A DNA stretch of 32,000 nucleotides from positions 660,001 to 692,000 of the forward strand of contig NZ_CP080507.1 in assembly GCF_019464535.1 (NCBI RefSeq), read 5' to 3'. Made by a program: the position numbers and the translations under genes. This document shows positions 1 to 8,216 of this stretch, one piece after another (the first letter of the stretch is position 1; each line of letters starts with the position of its first letter). Under the pieces are notes generated by a model, which ran no database searches, was not told the DNA's origin, and saw only the letters and a program-made list of their open reading frames with translations. The stretch comes from Horticoccus luteus (GTDB taxonomy: Bacteria > Verrucomicrobiota > Verrucomicrobiia > Opitutales > Opitutaceae).

Positions 1-481
1 GGTTCAGTTCCGGGTGTCGCCCGATCTGGCGCTCGACGATGTGGCGCATGAAGTGTGGCAGGAGGACGGCACGGCAATCATCTACCACGGCATGCAGTGG
101 GACGCGGGCGATTTTCCGGAGCAATTCGTCGGGCGCGCGCCTGTCAATGCGACGGCGCCGTTGCAGGAGATTTCTCTGCCGCGCGAGGTGGTGTCGTTTT
201 ACGGACATTTCTATCCGAGCGCGACCGGCGATTTCGTGATCACGGATGCCGTGGCGAACGAGCGCGGGCGGGCGCAGCGCAAGGGCAATTTGATTTCGCG
301 GCTGGACATGGACTGGGTGAACGGGTCGATGCGCGTGACGCCGTTGTGCGAGAGCAACGCGTCGTGGCATACGCAGGACAATCATCCGCATCCGGTGCTC
401 TCACCCGATGAGAGTGAAGTGTTGTTTACGTCGGACGGCAGCGGCGTGCGGCAGATTTACTCGGTGCCGGTGGCGCCGTGA
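1..481 (+). CDS. 3' end of a gene cut by the window edge. It has a TolB-like beta-propeller C-terminus; best guess is the oligogalacturonate-lyase family.
   Basis: Frame 2 is open from nt 2 with no stop before the listed Met at 14, and the stop is at 479-481. The C-terminal motif HPHPVLSPDESEVLFTSDGSGVRQIYSV is the propeller-blade signature I associate with oligogalacturonate lyases and TolB-like propellers. The family call is from memory and was not searched. Confidence 0.5.
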   Translation, partial: VQFRVSPDLALDDVAHEVWQEDGTAIIYHGMQWDAGDFPEQFVGRAPVNATAPLQEISLPREVVSFYGHFYPSATGDFVITDAVANERGRAQRKGNLISRLDMDWVNGSMRVTPLCESNASWHTQDNHPHPVLSPDESEVLFTSDGSGVRQIYSVPVAP

Positions 482-720
482 GTTGCAGGATCGCCATCGG
501 GGCGAGCGCGAGCGGCGAGTAGGGCGGGGCGCTTCGGAGCGCGGCGCGGGTGACCGGGCGAGGAGAGCTGGCGAAGCGTGGGCACACGTGAGGCAGCGGA
601 CTAGGGCAAGCTTCGAGCGAGGATCGGGCGCGGTTGCCGGTTGAGTCTTGCGGCGGGGAAGGCGGTGCACAGATTGCCGCGAAACCCGCCCTTACCCTGT
701 TTTGATCGAGCCTTACTCCC

Positions 721-1494
721 ATGCTCACTTACGATCAGGTGCAATTGTTTGACCGCGACGGCTACGTGCTCGTGCCGGACGTGTTTACGCCGCAGGAAAT
801 CGAAATCCTTGTCGCCAACGTGGGTGGCGCCCGCACGAAGAAGCACGAGGGCAACATGCCCGATGCGGCGGGGCGTTCGAGCAAGCTCTCGCTGTGGGCC
901 GACATCGGCGACGATGTGTTTGGGGCGGTGAGCGCGAGTCCGCGCGTGGTGAACAACGCGCGCATCTTGTTGCGCGAGGAAGTTTATCACTGGCACAGCA
1001 AAGTGATGCTGAAGGAGCCGCGCGTGGGCGGGGCGTGGGAGTGGCATCAGGATTACGGATATTGGTATGGCGACGGCTGTCTCTACCCGCGGATGATCTC
1101 GTGCATGATCGCGCTGGACGCAGCGACGCGCGAGAACGGGTGTTTGAAGGTGATTCCCGGTTCGCATCTGCTCGGGCGTTTCGACCACGGGCGCGTGGGC
1201 CAGCAGGCGGGCGCGGATCAGGAGCGCGTGGCCGCGGTGGCGGAGCGGCTGGGGGTGGTGTATTGCGAAGCTCCCGCGGGAAGCGCGCTGTTTTTCCACG
1301 GCAACACGTTTCATGCGTCCGAGGCGAATCTATCGGACCGGCCGCGGCGCGCTTACATTTGCTGCTACAACGCGTTTTCCAACGTGCCGTATGGCGGCCA
1401 CGGGCACGGGCGGCCGGAGCCGATCGCGGTTGCTCCGGATGATGCGATTTTGCGATTCACCACGGCGAGTGAGCCGACGACGGCGGCGCGGTGA
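721..1494 (+). CDS. Phytanoyl-CoA dioxygenase (PhyH) family Fe(II)/2-oxoglutarate dioxygenase, EctD-like
   Basis: 257-aa ORF. It has an HxD iron triad in WEWHQDYGYW, a distal His in FFHGNTFHASEAN, and an Arg in DRPRRAY. The N-terminus (LTYDQVQLFDRDGYVLVPDVF) is typical of the PhyH family. Confidence 0.85.
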   Translation: MLTYDQVQLFDRDGYVLVPDVFTPQEIEILVANVGGARTKKHEGNMPDAAGRSSKLSLWADIGDDVFGAVSASPRVVNNARILLREEVYHWHSKVMLKEPRVGGAWEWHQDYGYWYGDGCLYPRMISCMIALDAATRENGCLKVIPGSHLLGRFDHGRVGQQAGADQERVAAVAERLGVVYCEAPAGSALFFHGNTFHASEANLSDRPRRAYICCYNAFSNVPYGGHGHGRPEPIAVAPDDAILRFTTASEPTTAAR

Positions 1495-1507
1495 GGAGAC
1501 GCCGCGG

Positions 1508-2797
1508 ATGAATGAAGACGCTCAAGTATTGAGCGCGGCGCTGACGGCGGCCGTGCGGAAGAACTTGGAACCCGCAGCCACGGAGCGGGCGTATCAAGGG
1601 CATTTCACCATCGTGGCCGACGGCCACTGGTTCGGGGCGGAGAACACGTGGCCGGGGCTTGATTCGTGGCAGATGGCGGGCGCGTATTTGTCGCTGGGGC
1701 GCACGCAACTCGTGACCGACTACTTCGCCTACGTGCGCGCCTCGCAGCGGGCGGACGGCAACATCCCCTTCGCGATTTTTGCGACGGAGCCGCCGCCGGA
1801 ACATTTGGCTACGTATTTGAAAGGCCTGCGGCTGACCGAGGACGCGTTTACTTACCCGGTGAAAGGTGGCGGCGGGGAGCGAACGTGGGTTGGACTGTTC
1901 AGTCATTGGATCGCGGGGATCAATCCGCTCGGGGCGCTGGGCGCGACCTGCTACCTGTTGATGGCCGATGAAATTTTCGCGACGACGGGCGACTTGGCGT
2001 GGCTGGCGCGCAACCTCGCGTCGATCACGGCGGCGGGAAATTATTTGAGCACGCGGCGCAGCGAGAATGGCTTGATCGCGGGGGCGGGATTTTATGTGGA
2101 AATGCCGCCGCGGCATCAGTGGGACGGGGTGGCGCAATGCTACATCGTGCGCGCATGGCGGGGACTGGCGCGATTGTGTGAGGCGGCGGGGCGAGGCGAC
2201 GAAGCGCGGCGCTGGCGCGCGGAAGCGGAGGCGCTGGCGGGGCGGTTTCGGGAGGTGTTTTGGCGGGGCGACCATTTCGCGGAATACGTGCATCCGGTCC
2301 GCGGCGTGGTGGACGAGCACGGGTTGAGCGATGTAAATTGGGCGGCGGTCGCGTGGGACGTGGCGACGCCGGAACAGGCGGACGCGTTGTGGCCGCGCCT
2401 GATGGCGGAGGAGAGTTTCTGGCACGGCGACATGCCGACGCAGACGGTCTCGAAGCCGTTCGTTTACCAGGAGTGGGAGTTCTACCAGTCGCACGAAGAC
2501 GTGGGCTTCAAGCCCGCGGTGGGACCACTCTACGACGTGGCGGCGATGGGGCGCGTGTGGTTCCTGGAGGCGCTGGCGTGCCTGCGGCGCGGCGAGACGA
2601 AACGGGTGCGTGAGGGGGCGCTGCGGGTGGCGCGGGCGGGGTTGAAGAACGACGGTTACTGGCAGGAACGCTACCATCCGCTGCAGATCAACGAAGTGCA
2701 CGCCTGCGGGCCGAAGGGGTATTGCGAATACGCGGCAGTATTTACGCGAGTGGTGCTGGGCAACCGCGGGTTGTTCGGCGATGTGACGTTGGCCTGA
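1508..2797 (+). CDS. Uncharacterised (alpha/alpha)6 six-hairpin glycosidase-like protein
   Basis: The track ORF 1313-2797 is trimmed to the ATG at 1508. This ATG lies 13 nt after the PhyH stop and is preceded by GAGGAG. The helical repeat pattern with Trp/Arg-rich helices (CYIVRAWRGLARLCEAAGRGDEARRWRAEAEALAGRFREVFW) resembles GH63, GDE or rhamnosidase-type toroids. The exact family is not resolved. Confidence 0.6.
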   Translation: MNEDAQVLSAALTAAVRKNLEPAATERAYQGHFTIVADGHWFGAENTWPGLDSWQMAGAYLSLGRTQLVTDYFAYVRASQRADGNIPFAIFATEPPPEHLATYLKGLRLTEDAFTYPVKGGGGERTWVGLFSHWIAGINPLGALGATCYLLMADEIFATTGDLAWLARNLASITAAGNYLSTRRSENGLIAGAGFYVEMPPRHQWDGVAQCYIVRAWRGLARLCEAAGRGDEARRWRAEAEALAGRFREVFWRGDHFAEYVHPVRGVVDEHGLSDVNWAAVAWDVATPEQADALWPRLMAEESFWHGDMPTQTVSKPFVYQEWEFYQSHEDVGFKPAVGPLYDVAAMGRVWFLEALACLRRGETKRVREGALRVARAGLKNDGYWQERYHPLQINEVHACGPKGYCEYAAVFTRVVLGNRGLFGDVTLA

Positions 2798-2845
2798 CGG
2801 GGTTGCGCGCCAGTCGTCGGGTGCCCGCGGGCGGCAGGCGTGGCG

Positions 2846-3301
2846 CTATTGCTTGTCCGAGGTGTCGGCGAGCGACGACTGGTAAGCGACGAGGCGCCAG
2901 GTGCCTTCTTCGCGGCGCCACACGGCGAGAAAGCGGATGCGCATATGCGTGTGCTGCGAGCCGAGCGCGACGCTGGCGAGCACGCGGCCGGTGGCGACGG
3001 CGGCATCGGCGACGAGCGGAGTGACGTTCATCTCCTCGTAGTCGTAGCTTTCGTAGCGCATGCGCTGGGCGGAGACGGCGGCGAGGTATTCGTCCTTCGA
3101 TTGCACGCGGCCGTCGGCGTAGCCGTAGGTCAGTGCGCTGGAGAGCAAGGGGGCGAGTTGCGTGACGTCGGCTCGCATCGTGGCACGGACGCGGGCGGCG
3201 TCGGCCGTGCGGATTTGGGCGGCGATCGAGTCGGGCGCCGCAGCGCAGACGGAAGCGGCGAAGACGCAGGCAGCGGCGAGGACGGCGAAGAGGCGGCGCA
3301 T
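2846..3301 (-). CDS. Secreted NTF2-fold protein (SnoaL-like / DUF4440)
   Basis: 151 aa with a signal peptide (MRRLFAVLAAACVFAASVCAA). The body (LLSSALTYGYADGRVQSKDEYL ... FLAVWRREEGTWRLVAYQSS) is typical of DUF4440. It starts 5 nt downstream of the thioesterase stop, so the two probably form an operon. Confidence 0.7.
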   Translation of the reverse strand: MRRLFAVLAAACVFAASVCAAAPDSIAAQIRTADAARVRATMRADVTQLAPLLSSALTYGYADGRVQSKDEYLAAVSAQRMRYESYDYEEMNVTPLVADAAVATGRVLASVALGSQHTHMRIRFLAVWRREEGTWRLVAYQSSLADTSDKQ

Positions 3302-3306
3302 GGGAA

Positions 3307-3705
3307 TCAGCGTTGGACGGGTTGAGGCTGACCGTGATCGTCGATGGCGACGTAGGTGTAGATGCCGTGCGTGACGCGTTGCTCGGCGGGGGCGCCGAAG
3401 CGGTGCACCCAGGCTTCAATCTTGATGCGCATGGAGGTGCGGCCGACGCGGTCGACGCTCGCGTAACACGTCACGACATCGCCGGTGAAGACGGGAGCGA
3501 CGAAGCTCATGGCATCGACGGCGACCGTGACGACGCGGCTGCCGGCGGTTTCGCGGGCGAGGATGGCGCCGCCGAGATCCATTTGCGACATGAGCCAGCC
3601 GCCGAAGACGTCGCCATTGGCATTGGTATCGGCCGGCATGGCGAGCGTGCGGATGACGACCTCGCCCGTGGGCGAAGGCGGTTGGGAGGCAGCGGGAGTT
3701 TCCAT
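3307..3705 (-). CDS. Acyl-CoA thioesterase, hotdog fold (YciA-like)
   Basis: The track ORF 3307-3894 is trimmed to the internal ATG at 3705 (METPAAS...). The core MPADTNANGDVFGGWLMSQMDLGGAILA...VVTVAVDAMSFVAPVFTGDVV...VGRTSMRIKIEAWV matches the YciA-type thioesterase signature. Confidence 0.85.
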   Translation of the reverse strand: METPAASQPPSPTGEVVIRTLAMPADTNANGDVFGGWLMSQMDLGGAILARETAGSRVVTVAVDAMSFVAPVFTGDVVTCYASVDRVGRTSMRIKIEAWVHRFGAPAEQRVTHGIYTYVAIDDHGQPQPVQR

Positions 3706-3884
3706 GGCGGGCGCGGGACCGGTCGCGATGGAACGGAGAGAAGCGCGGTGCAGGACCGACAGCCAGAAAAAGTTGTGGTGCGGGGCGTGGGCGCGAGCGA
3801 CGGCGGGGCGGCGCCGGAGAGGGGCGAACGCGGCGTTGGAGTTTTCCGTTGTTTCCGGGCGAGGGCTTTGCAGAGTGGGCGCGC

Positions 3885-4817
3885 ATGAGCGCAACCGCGA
3901 GCTTTCGCCGATTGTTGAACGAAGTCGGGCCCGTGGACCAAGTGGGCATCGACGAACGTGTCGCCAAGTTCACCACGCGCAGCATCAAGAAGGCGTCGAA
4001 AGTGAAGGGATTGAAGCTGGCGGTCTCGATGGTCGATCTCACGACGCTCGAGGGCAAAGACACGCCCGGCAAAGTGGCCTCGCTGTGCCAGAAAGCGCTC
4101 GCGCCGCACGACGGGCTGGATTGTCCGCAGGTCGCGGCGGTGTGCGTGTACCCGGCGATGGTGAAGCATGCGCGGCGCGCGTTGGGCGAGGACACGGCGG
4201 TGCGCATCGCGTCGGTGGCGACGGCGTTTCCCTCGGGTCAGGCGCCGCTCAAGACGCGCCTGGCGGAAGTGACGGCGGCCGTCGGCGACGGCGCGGACGA
4301 GATCGACATGGTGATCAACCGCGGGGCGTTTCTGGCGGGCGAGTTTCAACGCGTGCAGGATGAGATCGTCGCGGTGCGCGAAGCGTGCGGCGAGGCGACG
4401 CTCAAGGTGATTCTCGAAGTCAGCGAATTGGAGACTTACGACAACATCCGCGCGGCGTCGTTTCTCGCGATGCGCGTGCTGCGGCCGGACGATTTCATCA
4501 AGACGAGCACAGGGAAAACGTCGCTCAATGCGACGTTGGGCAACAACCAGGTGATGCTCGAGGCGATCCGCGATTTTTACCTCGCTACGGGCGTGGCGAT
4601 TGCGATGAAGCCGGCGGGCGGGATTCGCACGGCGAAGCAGGCGCTGCACTTTCTCGTGGCGGTGAAGGAAACGCTGGGTGACGAGTGGTTGAACAATACG
4701 CGTTATCGTTTCGGTGCGTCGTCGCTGTTGAACGATCTGCTGCGGCAGTTGGAGAAGGAAAAAACGGGTGCCTACCAAGCGCCCTACTACTTCAGCGAAG
4801 CGGCGGAGAGCTACTGA
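3885..4817 (+). CDS. deoC: Deoxyribose-phosphate aldolase (long form)
   Basis: The track ORF starts at a TTG at 3849, and the first ATG is at 3885. DERA motifs are present: GADEIDMVINRG, LKVILEVSEL, and FIKTSTGK containing the Schiff-base Lys. Confidence 0.9.
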   Translation: MSATASFRRLLNEVGPVDQVGIDERVAKFTTRSIKKASKVKGLKLAVSMVDLTTLEGKDTPGKVASLCQKALAPHDGLDCPQVAAVCVYPAMVKHARRALGEDTAVRIASVATAFPSGQAPLKTRLAEVTAAVGDGADEIDMVINRGAFLAGEFQRVQDEIVAVREACGEATLKVILEVSELETYDNIRAASFLAMRVLRPDDFIKTSTGKTSLNATLGNNQVMLEAIRDFYLATGVAIAMKPAGGIRTAKQALHFLVAVKETLGDEWLNNTRYRFGASSLLNDLLRQLEKEKTGAYQAPYYFSEAAESY

Positions 4818-4818
4818 G

Positions 4819-4853
4819 TTTTTAACCACAGATGAACACGGATGCACACAGAT
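4819..4853. repeat. Left inverted-repeat arm, made of three tandem 10-nt units
   Basis: Sequence TTTTT AACCACAGAT GAACACGGAT GCACACAGAT. It contains the ATG at 4832 of the enclosed ORF. Confidence 0.9.
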
Positions 4854-5221
4854 ATGACGGACCGCAGTCACAGCTCACTTTCGCGGTCATCGGTTGTGCT
4901 ATGGAGGTATTAAACGGTCTGGGGGCCGGCTTGCACGAAAAGCCCTACGAGAACGCTTTGGTTGTGGAATTCAAATTGCGGGGCATCGCGAGTGAACAAC
5001 AGCGCCGGTTTCCCGTGGATTACAAGGGCGTCGCTGTCGGAGAATATATACCGGACTTGATTGCGGGCGATGCCGTCATTGTGGATGCCAAAGTCATCGA
5101 TCACATCACTGATGTGGAGCGCGGTCAGATGCTCAATTATCTTCGCATCGCGGGCCTGAAAGTCGGATTGATCATCAATTTTAAGCGCTCGAAGCTGGAG
5201 TGGGAGCGAATGATCTCCTGA
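4832..5221 (+). CDS. GxxExxY protein (PD-(D/E)XK nuclease superfamily, PDDEXK_3 / TIGR04256-like)
   Basis: 129 aa. It carries the eponymous motif GAGLHEKPYENAL, followed by IPDLIAGDAVIVDAKV (D...D/ExK-type core) and QMLNYLRIAGLKVGLIINF. Both are characteristic of the family. Confidence 0.9.
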   Translation: MNTDAHRYDGPQSQLTFAVIGCAMEVLNGLGAGLHEKPYENALVVEFKLRGIASEQQRRFPVDYKGVAVGEYIPDLIAGDAVIVDAKVIDHITDVERGQMLNYLRIAGLKVGLIINFKRSKLEWERMIS

Positions 5222-5224
5222 GCC

Positions 5225-5260
5225 ATCTGTGTGCATCTGTGTTTATCTGTGGTTAAAAAA
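5225..5260. repeat. Right inverted-repeat arm, made of three tandem 10-nt units
   Basis: Sequence ATCTGTGTGC ATCTGTGTTT ATCTGTGGTT AAAAAA. Its reverse complement matches the left arm with 2 mismatches in the 30-nt core. Confidence 0.9.
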
Positions 5261-5262
5261 TC

Positions 5263-6777
5263 ATGCCAACTTTGACTGAGAGAAAACCCTCTCGTCCGTC
5301 CGCTCGGGCGGCCGGGCGGCCGCTGCCTGAATTGATTTTCGGCGATCTGTGGGAGTTCGATCCGGCGCCGGAGACGGCCGATCCGAAACTGAAGGCGCGT
5401 TACGATCTGTTCATCGGCGGCAAATTCGTCGCGCCGGCGGCGGGCAAATACTTCGATTCGATCAATCCGGCGAACGAGCAAAAGCTGGCGGAAATCGCGC
5501 AGGCGAGCGCGACGGATGTCGACGCGGCGTATGCGGCGGCGAAGAAGGCGTTCGAGACCACCTGGGGCAAGATGCCCGGCCGCGAGCGCGCGAAATACAT
5601 TTTTCGCATCGCGCGACTGCTGCAGGACCGCGCGCGGGAATTCGCGGTGGCGGAAACGATGGACGGCGGCAAGCCGATCAAGGAATCGCGCGACTTCGAC
5701 GTGCCGATGGCGGCGGCGCATTTCTTTTATCACGCGGGCTGGGCCGACAAACTCGATTACGTGGCGCCGGGCCGGAGGATCGCGCCGCTCGGGGTGGTGG
5801 GGCAGGTGATTCCGTGGAATTTCCCGCTGCTCATGCTGGCGTGGAAACTCGCGCCGGCCCTGGCGATGGGGAATTGCATCGTGATCAAGCCGGCGGAATC
5901 CACGAGCATCACGGCGCTCAAGCTCGCGGAGATTTTTCAAGACGCGGGATTGCCGCCGGGCGTGGTGAACGTGGTGACGGGTTTCGGTGAAACCGGCGCG
6001 GCGGTGATGAATCATCCGACGGCGGCGAAGGTGGCGTTCACCGGGTCGACGGAGGTGGGCAAGATCATCATGCGTTCGCTGGCGGGCACGGATAAGAAGA
6101 TGACGATGGAGCTCGGCGGAAAGGCGGCGAATGTGGTGTTCGACGACGCGCCGATCAACCAGGCCGTCGAAGGCGTGGTGAACGGGATTTTTTTCAACCA
6201 GGGCCATGTGTGTTGCGCGGGGTCGCGGTTGCTGGTGCACGAGCCGGTGGCGGACGAGTTTCTCGCGAAATTGAAAACGCGGATTCGCGTGCTGCGGGTG
6301 GGCGATCCGCTGGACAAGAACACGGACGTCGGCGCGATCAACTCGCGCGAGCAGCTCAAGAAGATCGAGATGCTCGTGGCGGCGGGTGTGAAGGAAGGCG
6401 CGGAGATTTACCAGCCGCCGGGCCGGCTGCCGACGAAGGGTTTCTATTTCAAGCCGACCGTTTTTTCGGGCGTGAGCATGAGTCATCGCATCGCGCGCGA
6501 GGAGATTTTCGGACCGGTGTTGAGCGTGCTGACGTTTCGCACGCTCGAAGAGGCGGTAGAAAAAGCGAACAACACCGCGTATGGCCTCAGCGCCGGCGTC
6601 TGGACCGACAAAGGCTCGCGCATCCTGAAGATGTCGACAGAGCTGAAGGCGGGCGTCGTGTGGGCGAATACGTATAATAAATTCGATCCGGCGTCGCCCT
6701 TTGGCGGCTATAAAGAAAGTGGCTTCGGTCGCGAAGGCGGCCGGCAAGGGCTGCTCGATTACTGCAAACTCATTTAA
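5263..6777 (+). CDS. NAD(P)+-dependent aldehyde dehydrogenase, full length
   Basis: 504 aa with all canonical motifs: VIPWNFPLLMLAWKLAPALAMGNCIVIKPAE, FTGSTEVGK, MELGGKAANVV, NQGHVCCAGSR (catalytic Cys) and EEIFGPV. Confidence 0.95.
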   Translation: MPTLTERKPSRPSARAAGRPLPELIFGDLWEFDPAPETADPKLKARYDLFIGGKFVAPAAGKYFDSINPANEQKLAEIAQASATDVDAAYAAAKKAFETTWGKMPGRERAKYIFRIARLLQDRAREFAVAETMDGGKPIKESRDFDVPMAAAHFFYHAGWADKLDYVAPGRRIAPLGVVGQVIPWNFPLLMLAWKLAPALAMGNCIVIKPAESTSITALKLAEIFQDAGLPPGVVNVVTGFGETGAAVMNHPTAAKVAFTGSTEVGKIIMRSLAGTDKKMTMELGGKAANVVFDDAPINQAVEGVVNGIFFNQGHVCCAGSRLLVHEPVADEFLAKLKTRIRVLRVGDPLDKNTDVGAINSREQLKKIEMLVAAGVKEGAEIYQPPGRLPTKGFYFKPTVFSGVSMSHRIAREEIFGPVLSVLTFRTLEEAVEKANNTAYGLSAGVWTDKGSRILKMSTELKAGVVWANTYNKFDPASPFGGYKESGFGREGGRQGLLDYCKLI

Positions 6778-6836
6778 CGCCTCGGACGCCGCCCGCCGGC
6801 GTCCGGACGCGGTCCCGCGCGCTTCCACCCCAAATC

Positions 6837-8216
6837 ATGTCGCATCAACCTTATCTTACGGCCCCGCAAAAATTGAGCACGATGCCGCCGGGCATTCCTT
6901 ACATCGTGGGGAATGAGGCGGCGGAGCGCTTCAATTTTTACGGAATGCGCGCGGTGCTCGTCGTGTTCATGACGAAGTATCTCGTGGATCGCGCGGGTGC
7001 CGTCGCGCCGATGAGCGAGAACGATGCGAACGCCTGGTATCACTGGTTTGTGGCGTCGAACTACTTTTTCCCGGCGCTGGGCGCGATCGTGGCGGATGCG
7101 TTTTGGGGCAAATACCGGACGATCATCGGACTCTCGCTGGTTTATTGTGCGGGCAGTCTCGTGCTGGCGTTTGATCACACGCGGCTCGGACTCGGGCTCG
7201 GCCTCGGATTGATCGCGCTGGGCGCGGGCGGCATCAAGCCGTGTGTGTCCGCGCACATCGGCGATCAGTTCAGCGGCGACAACAGCCATCTCCTCTCGCG
7301 GGCGTTTGGTTGGTTCTATTTCTCCGTCAACTTCGGTTCGTTTTTCTCGATCCTGCTGATCCCGTGGCTGCTCGATAAATATGGCGCGGGCTGGGCGTTC
7401 GGAGTGCCGGCGGCACTGATGCTCATCGCGACGTGGGTGTTTTGGCTGGGCCGCTACAAGTTCGCGCATATTCCGCCGGTCGGTCGGACGTTCCTGCGGG
7501 ACACGTTCGATCGCGAAGGACGAAGCGCGATCGGCCGTCTTTCGATCATCTTCGCGTTCGTGGCGGTGTTCTGGTCGTTGTGGGACCAGAGCGGCGGCGA
7601 GTGGGTGTTGCAGGCGGAGAAAATGAATCTGCACTTCCTCGGGATCAACTGGCTGGCGTCGCAAATCCAGGCGGTCAACGCGATCATGATCCTGGCGTTC
7701 ATTCCGCTGTTTCAATACGTGATCTATCCCGCCGTGAGCCGCGTGTTTCCGCTCACGCCGTTGCGCAAGATCGGGCTCGGGCTGATCGTCACGGGTTTGT
7801 CGTTTGTCGTCAGCGGTTGGATCGAGCACCAGATTGGCCTCGGCCTGAAGCCAAGCATCGGGTGGCAGATGCCGGCTTACGCGCTGCTGTCGGCAGGCGA
7901 GGTGATGGTGTCGATCACGTCGCTGGAGTTCGCTTATACGCAGGCGCCGAAGAAGATGAAATCGATCATCATGTCGCTCTACCTGCTCTCCGTCTCGGCG
8001 GGCAACGCCTTCACTGCGCTGGTGCACGTGTTCATCGAGAATCCCGACGGCACGACGAAGCTGCAGGGCGCCGCCTACTATAATTTCTTCGCCGCGCTCT
8101 CGATCGGATGCGTGGCGGTGTTCGTGTTCGTCGCGAAGCGTTATCGCGAAAAAACCTATCTCCAGGATTCGTCGACCGCCGCGGAAGCCGAGGCCGACAC
8201 CATCGCTTCCCAATGA
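6837..8216 (+). CDS. POT/PTR2 family proton-dependent oligopeptide transporter (MFS)
   Basis: 459 aa and polytopic. It has the PTR2 signature VGNEAAERFNFYGMRAVLVVFM and GAGGIKPCVSAHIGDQF. Its stop overlaps the next start (ATGA at 8213-8216). Confidence 0.9.
   Translation: MSHQPYLTAPQKLSTMPPGIPYIVGNEAAERFNFYGMRAVLVVFMTKYLVDRAGAVAPMSENDANAWYHWFVASNYFFPALGAIVADAFWGKYRTIIGLSLVYCAGSLVLAFDHTRLGLGLGLGLIALGAGGIKPCVSAHIGDQFSGDNSHLLSRAFGWFYFSVNFGSFFSILLIPWLLDKYGAGWAFGVPAALMLIATWVFWLGRYKFAHIPPVGRTFLRDTFDREGRSAIGRLSIIFAFVAVFWSLWDQSGGEWVLQAEKMNLHFLGINWLASQIQAVNAIMILAFIPLFQYVIYPAVSRVFPLTPLRKIGLGLIVTGLSFVVSGWIEHQIGLGLKPSIGWQMPAYALLSAGEVMVSITSLEFAYTQAPKKMKSIIMSLYLLSVSAGNAFTALVHVFIENPDGTTKLQGAAYYNFFAALSIGCVAVFVFVAKRYREKTYLQDSSTAAEAEADTIASQ

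Larger units (their letters stand above)
4819..5260. mobile_element. Compact cassette of one GxxExxY ORF bounded by about 35-nt imperfect terminal inverted repeats. It may be an insertion at the deoC/ALDH junction.
   Basis: The arms at 4819-4853 and 5225-5260 are reverse complements of each other. The interior is visibly more AT-rich than the flanks. The cassette fills almost the whole gap between the deoC stop (4817) and the ALDH start (5263). No transposase is present, and mobility is an inference. Confidence 0.45.

Noticed and set aside
3507-4871. 454-aa minus-strand ORF antisense to deoC
   Set aside because: Arg/His-rich artefact. Its N-terminus (MTAVRHICVHPCSSVVKN) is simply the reverse-strand reading of the inverted-repeat arm.
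6783-6805. 9-bp hairpin (CGGACGCCG-CCCGC-CGGCGTCCG) just after the ALDH stop
   Set aside because: There is no U tract and the next gene starts 32 nt later on the same strand. It is more likely an intercistronic structure than a terminator, so it is not reported as a feature.
5137-6828. 563-aa minus-strand ORF antisense to the aldehyde dehydrogenase
   Set aside because: The translation is Arg/His/Pro-rich low complexity with no recognisable motif. The opposite strand encodes a textbook ALDH. It is a typical GC-rich antisense artefact.
6774-8213. 479-aa minus-strand ORF antisense to the POT transporter
   Set aside because: Arg/Asp/Glu/His-rich with no TM segments or motifs. The plus strand has the PTR2 signature and a polytopic hydrophobic profile.
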